Positions 30,607 through 41,160 of a DNA stretch of 64,000 nt are shown here, piece by piece (position 1 is the first letter of the stretch; each line of letters starts with the position of its first letter). Source of the DNA: Chloroflexota bacterium (GTDB lineage Bacteria > Chloroflexota > Dehalococcoidia > Lucifugimonadales > UBA3495); contig JAQBVF010000009.1 of NCBI GenBank assembly GCA_027623675.1, positions 1-64,000 on the forward strand. The letters are read 5' to 3'. The notes beneath the pieces are model-generated. The model had not been told where the DNA came from, made no database searches, and worked only from the letters and a program-made list of their open reading frames with translations. The translations under genes were made by a program, and so were the position numbers.

Positions 30607-31844
30607 TCGCCAGACCACTCATGCTGGCGGCCCTGGTCTTCGCTTTGTACCTGGTTTCTGCCGGCGGGACCAACGTTGCCGCGCAGGAAACCACCACCAT
30701 CCGGGGCCAGGTGGTCAACGGCACCGCAGGCGCAGACCTGCCAGACGGGCTTGGCGTTCTGATGCTCATATCCGGAGCGGGCGAAGCGTTGGCGGGCACC
30801 GGACAAACCACGGCCGATGCCCAGGGCCAGTTCGTGTTCAACGACGTTCAGATACAGGATGGAGATAACCTGACCGTCAGCGTGGAACATCTGGGTGTCT
30901 TCTACGGCGTATCATTGACCGCCGAGGAACTGAAGACCACTGACGAGCTCGTCTTGACCGTCTATGAGACCACCAACGATGCATCGATCATCCGGGTGGA
31001 GCGCCAGGTGATGGTGATCGCCGCCGTGGACAGGGGCGAGCAGTTGGTCAGCGCCGTCGAGTTTGTCCGCGTCTTAAATCCCACCGACCAGACGCTGATG
31101 CCCGACCTGGCAAACGTGCCGCCCATCAGCTTCCTGAGGTTCGCCTTGCCGCCGGATGCCGCGGAGTTGAAGGTACAGTCCGACCTTCCCGGTGGGGATG
31201 TCGCGACCATCGGGACCGGGTTCGCCCTCACCTCCCCCGTCATGCCCGGCTCCCACAGCATCGATTTCTCTTACGCCTTCCCCTACGGCAGCGCCACCCT
31301 GTCATACCGGAAGACCCTGCCCCAGGGCGCGGGGATCTTCCAAGTGCTGGTGCCGGACAGCGTCCCGGATCTGGCCGTCTCAGAACTGGACCTGATCGAC
31401 TCAGTTAACATCCAGGGCACGTCATACCGGACCTACGAAGGGAGAAACTACCTTCCGGGCCAGGGACTTGACCTGGAGATCACCGGACTACCCATGCCCG
31501 GGGTCTGGCAGCGACTCTCCAGTTCTGTTTCTGAAGGCACGTTCTGGCAGAACGCGATCCCGATCGCCTTGGGCGCGGTCTTGGCTACCATGCTGCTGTG
31601 GGGCCTGATACGGGGCTACCGGCCAGCCCCGGCGGCGGTGGCGGACGCAAACCGGGCCACAGTGCCCGTGGACCGGGCGAGGAGGACACAGGTGGTCCGG
31701 GCCGTGGCAGCCCTGGATCAGAGTTTCCAGAAAGGCGGCGTCTCCGAAGCCGACTACCGCAACCAACGGCAGGAACTGGTGGCCCGTATCTTGGGTCCCG
31801 GCGCAATACCGGATAAAGAACCAGCAGAGGACCGCCCAGAATGA
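30603..31844 (+). CDS. Exported Ig/carboxypeptidase-regulatory-like protein with TM and CcmI-like tail
   Basis: Signal peptide, TIRGQVVNGT, C-terminal VAALDQSFQKGGVSEADYRNQRQEL. Confidence 0.7.
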   Translation: MIARPLMLAALVFALYLVSAGGTNVAAQETTTIRGQVVNGTAGADLPDGLGVLMLISGAGEALAGTGQTTADAQGQFVFNDVQIQDGDNLTVSVEHLGVFYGVSLTAEELKTTDELVLTVYETTNDASIIRVERQVMVIAAVDRGEQLVSAVEFVRVLNPTDQTLMPDLANVPPISFLRFALPPDAAELKVQSDLPGGDVATIGTGFALTSPVMPGSHSIDFSYAFPYGSATLSYRKTLPQGAGIFQVLVPDSVPDLAVSELDLIDSVNIQGTSYRTYEGRNYLPGQGLDLEITGLPMPGVWQRLSSSVSEGTFWQNAIPIALGAVLATMLLWGLIRGYRPAPAAVADANRATVPVDRARRTQVVRAVAALDQSFQKGGVSEADYRNQRQELVARILGPGAIPDKEPAEDRPE

Positions 31845-32407
31845 GTAAACGCGTCTGGATCATGCTGGGCGGGGGCGTGCCTCTCGCGGCTTTGATCGCC
31901 CTGCTAGCTTGGGCTTCCATCGTCACCGGCGGCAATCCGGGCGGCCTGGCCGTGAACTCCAACTTTTCTGAAGCTGAGGTTGATTCCGGAACGGCCAGGG
32001 ACTTTGAACTGGAACTGATCGGCGCACGGGCCGGCGAAACCATCAGGCTGTCCGACCTGCGCGGCAAGGTCGTGATGGTCGACTTCTGGGCTTCCTGGTG
32101 CCAGCCCTGCCGCATCGAAGCCCCCATCCTGACCAAGGTGTACCAGGAGTACCAAGGACAACCGGTGGAGTTCATCGGAGTGGACATCTGGGACAGCCCG
32201 GGCGATGCCGAGACCTTCATGCAGCAGGAGAGCACGCCGTATCCCAACGGGCACGATGCCACCGGCGCCATCGCCGTCAATTACGGTGTCCGTGGTATCC
32301 CAGAGAAGTATTTCATCGCACCGGACGGTTCCCTGGTCAAGAAACTGTCGGGGCCATTGACTGAAACGGTCCTGCGGAACACGATTAACGAGATATTACA
32401 GAGATAG
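31841..32407 (+). CDS. ccmG: TlpA/CcmG thiol-disulfide oxidoreductase
   Basis: GKVVMVDFWASWCQPCRIEAP, YGVRGIPE. Confidence 0.88.
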   Translation: MSKRVWIMLGGGVPLAALIALLAWASIVTGGNPGGLAVNSNFSEAEVDSGTARDFELELIGARAGETIRLSDLRGKVVMVDFWASWCQPCRIEAPILTKVYQEYQGQPVEFIGVDIWDSPGDAETFMQQESTPYPNGHDATGAIAVNYGVRGIPEKYFIAPDGSLVKKLSGPLTETVLRNTINEILQR

Positions 32408-32429
32408 CGGGTTCCGGTAGGGGGATTTA

Positions 32430-33431
32430 ATGAGTACGCCACGGGTAGCCATAGCCATGGACTGGGGAGGGACCTGGACCAGGGTCGCAGTGATTAACCA
32501 ACAGGGCGAGACCCTCTGGCAAACCAGGGAGCCCAACCCCCAGGGCAGCAGCAAGGAAGAATACCTGAGAAACGCCGAATCTCTGCTTGACACCGCCATT
32601 CAACAGGCCGGCGGGTCCGTGGCCGGCATCGGCGCCGCCTTGGCCGGCCCCATTGAACCCACCACCGGCACTTTCTATCAACCGCCCAACCTGCCAGTGC
32701 TGGACGGCGTTTCCTTCAAATCCCTGTGGGAGAAGCGGTTCTCACTGCCCGTTTGGGTGGGCAACGACGCCAACCTGGCCGCACTGGGCGAGTATCAATT
32801 CGGGGCCGGGAAGGAGTCAGCCGACAACGGCCGCCCGGTGAAAACCCTTTTCTACGTGACCGTCAGCACCGGAGTCGGCGGCGGGCTGGTGGACAATGGC
32901 TCGGTCTTCCTCGGGGCGAACGGCCTGACCGCTGAGGTCGGCCATACCCTGGTCGACTCATCCGATAGCGCCCTTTCCTGCAATTGCGGCTCCAAAGGCT
33001 GCCTCGAAGCCATGGCCTCCGGTACCGGCATCGAACGCATCGCCAGGGCAAAGCTGGCTTCCGGCGCTCACCCCGGCTCAACCCTTGCCGAACTGGACGA
33101 AGACCAGATCGACTCCGAGGCGGTCTTCGACGCCGCAGGTAATGGCGACGCCTTAGCCATCTCCATCCTAGACGGCGCGGTGGCCGCCCTGGCCATTGGC
33201 CTGACCAACATTGTCCACCTGTTCAACCCAGACATGATCGTGCTTGGCGGCGGTGTAACCGACGGCCTGGTGAAGCTGGACCTTCTATCAAAGATCCATC
33301 AGCAGATACTAGACCGCACCATGAGCGAACTGCATAAGGAGTTCCAATTCACCTCAGCCCGTTTGGGCGACTCGGTGGGTCTGGCCGGGGCCGCCGCTCT
33401 GGTCTGGGCGAAGTTGGAGCAGCAGAGCTAG
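32430..33431 (+). CDS. ROK family sugar kinase
   Basis: DWGGT, NDANLAALGE, STGVGGG, EVGH, CNCGSKGCLE. Confidence 0.92.
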   Translation: MSTPRVAIAMDWGGTWTRVAVINQQGETLWQTREPNPQGSSKEEYLRNAESLLDTAIQQAGGSVAGIGAALAGPIEPTTGTFYQPPNLPVLDGVSFKSLWEKRFSLPVWVGNDANLAALGEYQFGAGKESADNGRPVKTLFYVTVSTGVGGGLVDNGSVFLGANGLTAEVGHTLVDSSDSALSCNCGSKGCLEAMASGTGIERIARAKLASGAHPGSTLAELDEDQIDSEAVFDAAGNGDALAISILDGAVAALAIGLTNIVHLFNPDMIVLGGGVTDGLVKLDLLSKIHQQILDRTMSELHKEFQFTSARLGDSVGLAGAAALVWAKLEQQS

Positions 33432-33517
33432 CAGATCCCCGCCGCCCCATAGCCATCTGCCCGGTTTGTGCTACTCTAATCGCTAAATCTGCGATTCGCG
33501 CGCCTTGGGAGTGAGCC

Positions 33518-34195
33518 ATGTCTGAGGTCACCCGGCTTGAAGACGTCGTGGAGTTTGCCGAGAACCCGGAACCGCGGTGCCCCTGCGTGCTGCTCCTAGA
33601 TACCTCTGGCTCGATGCAGGGGGCGCCCATCGAGGCCCTGAACCGCGGCCTCCAAACTTTCAAAGACGACCTGATGCGCGACCCGGTGGCCCCCAAACGT
33701 GTTGAAGTTGCCCTGGTAACCTTCGACAACGACGTAACGGTGGTACAGGACTTTGTCACCGCCGACCGCTTCGAGGCCCCGAAACTGGATTGCCGGGGCA
33801 TGACTCACATGGCCGCCGGCATAAACACCGCTCTCGACATGGTCCAGGCGCGAAAAGACCGCTACAACCAGTCGGGAGTCCCCTATTACCGCCCCTGGGT
33901 TTTCATGATCACCGACGGCCGTCCCCAGGGGGAGATGCCCGACTTCGTCGACCTGGCCGCCCAGCGCATCCAGGAGGAAGAGGCCACGAAGCGGGTGGTG
34001 TTCTTTGGCGTCGGCGTGGAGGGCGCCGACATCCCGGTCCTATCCGAGATTGTGGTGCGCACTCCCATGCGGCTTCGCGGACTGAATTTCAACGAGCTCT
34101 TCGTCTGGTTGTCCCGCAGCATGCAGGCGGTGTCCGGCTCCAAAGTGGGCGACTCGGTGGCGCTGCAGCCCCCAGGGTGGGCGGCGGTCGATTGA
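33518..34195 (+). CDS. vWA domain protein, TerY/YegL-like
   Basis: NPEPRCPCVLLLDTSGSM, YYRPWVFMITDG, LFVWLSRS. Confidence 0.93.
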   Translation: MSEVTRLEDVVEFAENPEPRCPCVLLLDTSGSMQGAPIEALNRGLQTFKDDLMRDPVAPKRVEVALVTFDNDVTVVQDFVTADRFEAPKLDCRGMTHMAAGINTALDMVQARKDRYNQSGVPYYRPWVFMITDGRPQGEMPDFVDLAAQRIQEEEATKRVVFFGVGVEGADIPVLSEIVVRTPMRLRGLNFNELFVWLSRSMQAVSGSKVGDSVALQPPGWAAVD

Positions 34196-35022
34196 TCGCC
34201 AAGAGCCTTAGCTGGCTTAGAGACCGCCGGTCCGCCAGCCCCCGCTTTCCCGACGGCTTGGCCCCCTGGCGGGTGGTCGGAGCAAGCACTGCCGGCACCT
34301 CCCACCAAAAGTTGGGGCAGGCCTGTCAGGACGCCGCCGGTTGGGCGCTGGGTCCGGAGCGCAGCCTCATAGTTGCCGTGGCCGACGGCGCCGGGTCGGC
34401 ATCCCATGGCGGCGAGGGCGCCCGCTTGGCCGTGTCCACCGCGGTGAACTTTCTCTCCAACCGCCGGACCCTTGGCTCGCCAAACGCTCAGAAAGACGCG
34501 CTGGTCTCAGCGTTGGAGCGTGCCCGGTCTGCGCTGCAATCGGATGCCGGGCGCCGGGGAGTTACGGCCAGGGACATGGCGACCACGCTGATCCTGTTGC
34601 AGGCCACGCCCGATTCCGTGGCCGCCCTCCAGGTGGGCGACGGCGCGGCGGTGGTAAACGCCCGGCAGAACGGGCCAACGGGCGTCACCAGTCCGCAGAC
34701 CGGGGAATACATCAACGAGACCATGTTCATCACCGCGGCAGACGCCATGGATCACCACCAAACTGTCTGCCACGGATACGGCCTCACCGGCGGCGCGGTA
34801 TTCTCCGACGGCCTGCAGATGCTGGCCCTGAAGATGCCGGAGGGAACGCCCCATCCGCCATTCTTCGGTCCATTGCTACGGTTCGTTGCCGATGCCACCG
34901 ACGCCGGCCAGGCTGACGCTGCATTAAGGTCGTTCCTGGCCTCCCCGCGCGTGACCGGCCAGACCACTGACGACCTGACCCTGGTGCTGTTCGCTTTGGA
35001 CGCAAGTCCGGCTGGCGAATAG
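34192..35022 (+). CDS. PP2C-family phosphatase, YegK-like
   Basis: GTSH...CQD, VADGAGSA, QVGDG, GEYINET, FSDGL, TTDDLTL; TTG start overlaps the vWA stop. Confidence 0.9.
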   Translation: MIAKSLSWLRDRRSASPRFPDGLAPWRVVGASTAGTSHQKLGQACQDAAGWALGPERSLIVAVADGAGSASHGGEGARLAVSTAVNFLSNRRTLGSPNAQKDALVSALERARSALQSDAGRRGVTARDMATTLILLQATPDSVAALQVGDGAAVVNARQNGPTGVTSPQTGEYINETMFITAADAMDHHQTVCHGYGLTGGAVFSDGLQMLALKMPEGTPHPPFFGPLLRFVADATDAGQADAALRSFLASPRVTGQTTDDLTLVLFALDASPAGE

Positions 35023-35037
35023 GCAAGGGCGGTTGAT

Positions 35038-36498
35038 TTGGCTTTTCAACTAAAGCGAGGGTCCACCGGCGAAGAGCTGGTTTTGCACGACGAAAACACC
35101 CTGGGAACCGGCGGCGAAGCAACCGTATATTCCCTGCCGAGCCACCCGTCGCTGGCGGCCAAGGTGTACCTAAAACCCAGCCCGGAACGCGCCGGCAAGC
35201 TGGTGGCGATGACCGCCCATCCCCCGGCTGAAACATCGCCTGCGGCCAACCCAGATATCGCTTGGCCCACGGACCTCCTCTGGACCACCGGCCGAAAGAG
35301 CCAGATCGCCGGATTCCTGATGCCCAGGGTTGAAGGTATGGCCCCCATCATAGACATCTATTCACCCCACACCCGGATCACCGCCCGCCCCTGGTTCGAT
35401 TACCAGCTCCTGCTCAAGACCTGCGTCAACCTGGCCGAGGCGGTTGAGACGGCGCACCGGGGCGGCTATGTGATCGGTGACCTGAACCACAGCAACGTCT
35501 TGGTGGCCGACGACGCACGCGTAACTTTGATCGACACGGACTCGTTTCAGGTGCGGGACCAAAGCGGGCAGGCGGTCTTCCTGTGTCCCGTTTACACGCC
35601 TGAATTCACGGCGCCGGAGCTGCACGCCCAGGGTCTGATCAAGACCGAACGCTCTTTGGCACAAGACAGTTTCGGCCTGGCAGTCCTAACGTTCTTGATG
35701 CTCATGGGCGGGGTGCACCCCTTCGCCGGCGTCCACCTGGGCAAGGGAGAGGTCCCGCCGCTGTTTTCGCGCATCGCATCCGGTGACTTCCCCTACTCCC
35801 GAAACCGCCGCCCGATGATTTCTCCCGCGCCGGTGGCTTTGCCTTTCGAGACCCTGGCTCCGCCCGTGCAAGACCTATTTCGCCGCTGCTTCGAGATCGG
35901 GCACGACGACCCCAGCCAGCGGCCCACACCCGTGGAATGGCGGGATACGCTGCTTTCGGCAGAGCAGGAATTGGCGGTCTGCGAAACCAATACACAGCAC
36001 CGATTCAGCCCGCACCAAACCGCCTGTCCCTGGTGTATCCGAACGGCTCGATTGGGCGGCCGGGACCCGTTCCCGTCCAGCGAGGCGGTGTTGAACGGCC
36101 TACACAAGCGGCCCATACCGGTCCGCCGCACCCTGCCCCACGACCGGGTGCCTGGATGGCGGGTCCAAGAACGTCAGATGCGCCGGGCGCGTGTCCGCAC
36201 GCCCGTCAACATCAAGACCTGGCAATGGGCCGCGTTGGTCAGCCTTCTGTGGGTGGTGCTGCCCGGCATGTGGGCGCTGTCCTCATTCGTAGTTTCGGGA
36301 CTGCTGGCTGCGACGGCATTGTTGGCGGCCATCTTCTACGGCATGACGGCGGCCATGGTCCCCGTCGCGGCCGGGATGGTCGGCTGGCGGAGCGTGGTGT
36401 CCGCCAGAAGGGGCGGCGGATGGATCGCCGCGTCAGTCTTGGGTCTGGCGGTCGGAAGCGGCCTGATCGGGCTGACATCGGTGCTGGCGTTTTACTGA
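35038..36498 (+). CDS. Ser/Thr kinase, YegI-like, with C-terminal TM helices
   Basis: LGTGGEATVY, AAKVY, VIGDLNHSNVLV, LIDTDSFQ, APEL, GVHPF, CPWC. Confidence 0.92.
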   Translation: MAFQLKRGSTGEELVLHDENTLGTGGEATVYSLPSHPSLAAKVYLKPSPERAGKLVAMTAHPPAETSPAANPDIAWPTDLLWTTGRKSQIAGFLMPRVEGMAPIIDIYSPHTRITARPWFDYQLLLKTCVNLAEAVETAHRGGYVIGDLNHSNVLVADDARVTLIDTDSFQVRDQSGQAVFLCPVYTPEFTAPELHAQGLIKTERSLAQDSFGLAVLTFLMLMGGVHPFAGVHLGKGEVPPLFSRIASGDFPYSRNRRPMISPAPVALPFETLAPPVQDLFRRCFEIGHDDPSQRPTPVEWRDTLLSAEQELAVCETNTQHRFSPHQTACPWCIRTARLGGRDPFPSSEAVLNGLHKRPIPVRRTLPHDRVPGWRVQERQMRRARVRTPVNIKTWQWAALVSLLWVVLPGMWALSSFVVSGLLAATALLAAIFYGMTAAMVPVAAGMVGWRSVVSARRGGGWIAASVLGLAVGSGLIGLTSVLAFY

Positions 36499-36567
36499 TT
36501 ATGCTTCTGGAATCTTCGGAAGCTAGCCTAGACTTTGCTCAGGCCTGTGTATTATCATCTGATTACA

Positions 36568-38793
36568 GTGGTTGCTAAAGATCAGGTAACTTCGAAAGGC
36601 ATCTCGACCCTTATCGAACGGGTCAGTACCTACCTGCCTGAAGACATCACCCGAGTGGTTGAGCAGGCTTATTGGTTTGCGGACGAGTGCCACGAAGGCC
36701 AGATGCGCCAGTCTGGCGAACCATACATCGCCCACCCCCTAGAAACCGCCCTCTTCCTCGCCGACCTCCGCCTGGATTACCACACCATCGTTGCGGCCCT
36801 GCTCCACGACGTGGTTGAAGACTGCGACTGTTCACTGGATGATATTACTGAACGGTTCGGGCCGGAGGTGTCCAAGCTGGTGGATGGGGTCACCAAGCTG
36901 ACCCGCATGGACGACAGGCTCCAACCCCCCGCCGAAGATGTGGCCGGCATGATTGACCATGCGGAGCATCTACACGCCGAGAGCCTGCGCAAGATGCTCG
37001 TCTCCATGGCGGAAGACATCCGGGTGGTGTTGATCAAGCTGGCCGACCGCCTGCACAACATGAAGACCCTGGACGCGCTGGCTCCGGAAAAGCGGAGACG
37101 AATCGCCCAGGAAACCTTGGATATTTACTCTCCCCTGGCCCACCGTTTGGGCATCTGGGAGATCAAGTGGCGGTTGGACGACTTGGCCTTCCGGCACCTG
37201 AACGAAGAGAAATACCATGAGATCTCCAAGATGCTGGCCTCCAAGCGCACCGAGCGTGAAGAGTACATCGAGAAGATATCCTCCACGTTGCTGAAAGAAC
37301 TGGCCAACTACGGGATCACCGCCGAGGTTACCGGCCGGCCCAAAGGCATCTACAGCATCTACCGCAAGATCCAGAAATACCAGCTCCAGGGCAAGGCCAT
37401 CGGAGACATCTATGACCTGTTCGCCCTGCGTGTCTTGGTAAACGAAACCGCCGATTGCTACCGGGCTTTGGGTGTGGTCCATCAACTGTGGCACCCCATC
37501 CCAGGGCAGTTCGACGACTACATCGGCAATCCCAAAGAGAACATGTATCAGGCCCTGCACACCACCGTCATCTGCGAAGGCGGCACCCCGTTGGAAGTGC
37601 AGATCAAGACCTATGAGCTGCACCGGATCGCGGAGTACGGCGTCGCGGCCCACTGGTCCTATAAAGAAGGCGAATCCGGCGACCAGCGCTTCGAAGAGAA
37701 GATGACCTGGCTCCGCCAGCTGCTGGAATGGCAGCGGGAGGTGACTGGAACGGCCGAGTTCATCGAATCGGTCAAACAAGACATCTTCCACGACCAGGTT
37801 TTCGTCTACACCCCCAAGGGACGGATCGTTGAACTTGCTTCCGGCTCCACACCGGTGGACTTCGCCTACAAGATTCACACCGAGTTGGGTCACCGCTGTA
37901 TCGGCGCCAAGGTAAACGGCAAGCTTGTCTCCCTGGACACTTCCTTAGAGAACGGAGACACCGTAGAGATCATCGCCTCCAAGACCGAACGCGGTCCCAG
38001 CTTGGACTGGCTCAACCCCAACCGTGGTTACGTCCGCTCGGCCGGTGGCCGGCAGAACGTGCGCGCCTGGTTCCGCAAGCAGGAACGCAGCGCCAACATC
38101 CAGCGTGGAAAAGAAGTCATGCGGCGTGAGCTGCGGCGGCTGAACCAGAAGGTGGATGACGATGACATCGTCGCCCTGTTCAAGGTCGATTCCATGGACG
38201 ACCTGTTGGCCAACCTGGGTTCCGGCAACATCGCCGAGAGTTTGCTGTCGCACCGGCTGGCCGAGATCGGTCACGAGACCGCGGAACCGCTGTCCCAGCG
38301 GCGCAACGACCTGCCCCTGTCCAGTCCCAGCTCCGGCATCACCGTTCTCGGGGTTGGCGACCTGCTTATACGCATGGGCCGTTGCTGCAACCCCATTCCC
38401 GGCGACGAGATCATCGGCTTCATCACCCGCGCCCGCGGCGTGACCGTCCACAAGAAGGACTGCCCAAGCCTCCGCAATGAGGACGAGCCGGAGCGCTTGG
38501 TTGACGTTCAATGGGGCCGCGAACAACAACTCTATCCCGTTCGGGTCACCATGAAAGCCTACGACCGGGTTGGGCTGCTCCGCGACCTGACCGCCCTGGT
38601 CTCCAGCGAAGGCGTGAACATCGCCTCCGTGGTCACCGAAGAGTGGGCCGACGGCACGGTAACCATGGCCCTCACCTGCCACACCACCGGCCTGGACCAG
38701 CTCAACAAGCTGTTCTCCAAGCTGGAGGGCGTGCGTGGCTGCATCTCGGTAACCCGAGACCGTTCCAGCATGCCTGCCCCGTCCCGCAGCTAG
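36568..38793 (+). CDS. rel: Bifunctional (p)ppGpp synthetase/hydrolase Rel
   Basis: HEGQMRQSGEPYIAHP, LHDVVED, KLADRLHNM, GRPKGIYSIYRK, TGS, CCNPIPGD, ACT. Confidence 0.97.
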   Translation: MVAKDQVTSKGISTLIERVSTYLPEDITRVVEQAYWFADECHEGQMRQSGEPYIAHPLETALFLADLRLDYHTIVAALLHDVVEDCDCSLDDITERFGPEVSKLVDGVTKLTRMDDRLQPPAEDVAGMIDHAEHLHAESLRKMLVSMAEDIRVVLIKLADRLHNMKTLDALAPEKRRRIAQETLDIYSPLAHRLGIWEIKWRLDDLAFRHLNEEKYHEISKMLASKRTEREEYIEKISSTLLKELANYGITAEVTGRPKGIYSIYRKIQKYQLQGKAIGDIYDLFALRVLVNETADCYRALGVVHQLWHPIPGQFDDYIGNPKENMYQALHTTVICEGGTPLEVQIKTYELHRIAEYGVAAHWSYKEGESGDQRFEEKMTWLRQLLEWQREVTGTAEFIESVKQDIFHDQVFVYTPKGRIVELASGSTPVDFAYKIHTELGHRCIGAKVNGKLVSLDTSLENGDTVEIIASKTERGPSLDWLNPNRGYVRSAGGRQNVRAWFRKQERSANIQRGKEVMRRELRRLNQKVDDDDIVALFKVDSMDDLLANLGSGNIAESLLSHRLAEIGHETAEPLSQRRNDLPLSSPSSGITVLGVGDLLIRMGRCCNPIPGDEIIGFITRARGVTVHKKDCPSLRNEDEPERLVDVQWGREQQLYPVRVTMKAYDRVGLLRDLTALVSSEGVNIASVVTEEWADGTVTMALTCHTTGLDQLNKLFSKLEGVRGCISVTRDRSSMPAPSRS

Positions 38794-38951
38794 TCCCACC
38801 GCTCCAATGCCGCTTCCAGCAGACCTCCCGCTCCTTTGACCGGCGCGCCCCCCGGCATTATGTCTCACTGGATATGTATTGGGTATGTATAATGCGCCTC
38901 TGAGACATTGATAAGACATCAACTCGAAACGATCCACTTGGAGGTAGCGTT

Positions 38952-39341
38952 ATGCCAGACAGAAAACCTGTGGTCCCAGCCGGGAGCACCCCCAACCCCG
39001 CCCTGTCCGCCGGAGTAGTGGTCGGCGATCTGCTCTTCGTCTCGGGCCACGTGGCCATAGACGGCAGCGGCAAAGTGGTCGGCGTGGGCGACGCCGAGGC
39101 CCAGACCCGTCAGGTGATGGACAACATCAAGGGAGTGGTATCCGCCGCCGGAGGCAAGATGGAGGATGTGGCCAAGATAACCTGCTTCCTGACCGACATC
39201 GCCAACTACGGCGCCTACAGCAAGGTCCGGGCCGAGACCTGGCCCAAGGACCCGCCCGCCAGCTCCACGGTGGTGGTCGCCGGGCTCGTCCGCCCGGAAC
39301 TGCTGGTCGAAGTAGAGGCGATCGTCCGCCTGCCTGATTAA
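38952..39341 (+). CDS. RidA/YjgF family protein
   Basis: LFVSGHV, PPASSTV, LLVEVEAI. Confidence 0.9.
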   Translation: MPDRKPVVPAGSTPNPALSAGVVVGDLLFVSGHVAIDGSGKVVGVGDAEAQTRQVMDNIKGVVSAAGGKMEDVAKITCFLTDIANYGAYSKVRAETWPKDPPASSTVVVAGLVRPELLVEVEAIVRLPD

Positions 39342-39358
39342 CCAGACCCGGCTCTAGG

Positions 39359-39397
39359 AAAGGTCCGTCCAGATCTTGATTCTGGACGGACCTTTTT
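39359..39397 (+). terminator. Bidirectional intrinsic terminator
   Basis: aaaggtccgtccaga...tctggacggaccttttt between convergent genes. Confidence 0.8.
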
Positions 39398-39425
39398 GTT
39401 TTCTAACGACAGCGGCCTGCCATTA

Positions 39426-40913
39426 TCAGCCGGACCGCGCTCCCTTTGCCTGGTCCGGAAGCCAGGTCGCCAGTTCTGGGAAGGCAATCACCAAGCCAAT
39501 GACAACCATCATGCATAGCATAAATGGCATGACGCCCACGAAGACGTCGTTAATCGTGCCCGTCTTTGCCAGCACCCCTTCATAGAGCGACAACTCCCGG
39601 TCGGTGTCCTGCCGCGCCCCGTGGAGCACGTAGAGAGCCATGCCCTGGGGAGGGCTGATCTGGGCGGCCTCAAGCAGGATGACCATGATTATCCCGAACC
39701 ACAGCTTGTCCACCCCGGCCTCGTTCAACACCGGAATCAGGATCGGCAGCGTGGTCAGCATCATGGAGTAACTCTCCATGAACGTCCCCAACACCAGGTA
39801 GAACACCACCAAGACCAACACCAACTGCACCTGGTTCAGGTCGAACTGGGCCACCCATTCAGGCATGTCCACCGATATCCTCACCGCGGCAAAGGCGAAC
39901 TGCAATGTGAACGCCGCCATCAGGATCAACGCGATCATGGCGGAGGTCCGGACGGTCGAGATGGTGGCCTCCCGCAGGATGCGCAGCATCTCCCCCAGGT
40001 TCTGGCGGACCTGACCGGGGTAGACCGGTCTGGAAGCCCGGATCTCGGCCAGCCACATCATCACCGGCCTCGGGAGGAACGGCAAGCTCAACAACCAACC
40101 GGCGGCCAGGCTCACGAACAACATGCTCGAATTCCCAGCGAAGGCCAACAGGAACGCTCCGGTCACTCCGGTCGCCGCCGCCTCGGTGGGCGTGGCAATG
40201 CCAAAGTAGATGCTGCCCAACACTGCGAAGACCAGAAAGCCGATGGGGAGGAGGCTGAACAGACCCACGAACCGCAACCGCCAGGAAGATGGTGATTCCC
40301 TGGGCGCGATGCCCGGCCAGATCTTGGCGGATATGCCGATCATGATCATGTATGAAACGGCCAATATAGCCCCGGGAACGAACCCGGCAAGGAAGAGCCG
40401 TCCCACCGATTCGCCGACCATCAACCCGTACAGCACCAGTCCGATGCTGGGCGGGATCAGGATGCCCAAGGTGCCGCCGGCGGCGAGAGAGCCAATCACC
40501 AAACGCTCGTTGTAGCCCCGCTGGCGGAAGGCGGGAAGGGCCACCCGGCTGATGGTGGCGGCGGTGGCCACGCTGGAACCCGCACAGGCGGCGAACACGG
40601 CACAAGATGCGATATTGCTATGGATCAGCCCGCCGGGGATGAACGTCAACCACCGGGACAGGACAACGTACATCCGCTCGGCGATGCCGCTGCGGAGGAC
40701 CAATTCCCCCATTAGGATGAACAGCGGGATGGCGATCAGGACGAAGTTGGTGCTGCCTTCCCACGCCCGATTGCCCATGATATTCCAGAGGTTGGGGTTT
40801 CCAAGGTTGAAGAACTTCATGATGAGCAGCGCCAGTGTTCCCAGCGCACCGGCGACATACAGGCCGCCCATGAAAAAGGCGCCCATCATAGTAAAAGCGG
40901 CCGCGATCGCCAT
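39426..40913 (-). CDS. dctM: TRAP transporter large permease
   Basis: AIPLFILMG, GSSVATAA, GGTLGILIPPS, ATPTEAA, ISPPQG. Confidence 0.9.
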   Translation of the reverse strand: MAIAAAFTMMGAFFMGGLYVAGALGTLALLIMKFFNLGNPNLWNIMGNRAWEGSTNFVLIAIPLFILMGELVLRSGIAERMYVVLSRWLTFIPGGLIHSNIASCAVFAACAGSSVATAATISRVALPAFRQRGYNERLVIGSLAAGGTLGILIPPSIGLVLYGLMVGESVGRLFLAGFVPGAILAVSYMIMIGISAKIWPGIAPRESPSSWRLRFVGLFSLLPIGFLVFAVLGSIYFGIATPTEAAATGVTGAFLLAFAGNSSMLFVSLAAGWLLSLPFLPRPVMMWLAEIRASRPVYPGQVRQNLGEMLRILREATISTVRTSAMIALILMAAFTLQFAFAAVRISVDMPEWVAQFDLNQVQLVLVLVVFYLVLGTFMESYSMMLTTLPILIPVLNEAGVDKLWFGIIMVILLEAAQISPPQGMALYVLHGARQDTDRELSLYEGVLAKTGTINDVFVGVMPFMLCMMVVIGLVIAFPELATWLPDQAKGARSG

Positions 40914-41160
40914 CGAAAGTTCGTCTCCGGACCTGCGGATTCGGTTGCTCTAACTGGGTATACCGGCTTCGGGTCAAGAGGTACGGGACTCGTTTATTAC
41001 GAGGGGAATGCCTGGCGAGTGCCCCACGGCGATCGCTGACAGGACCATACAGGAACGGTACGGATGGAGACAGCCGATTGTCAATGACATTTGTTGTCGG
41101 CGTGGGACCCGAAACTGCGCCTCATACCATCGGCGGAACGCCATTCGGCCGGGGAAAGGG

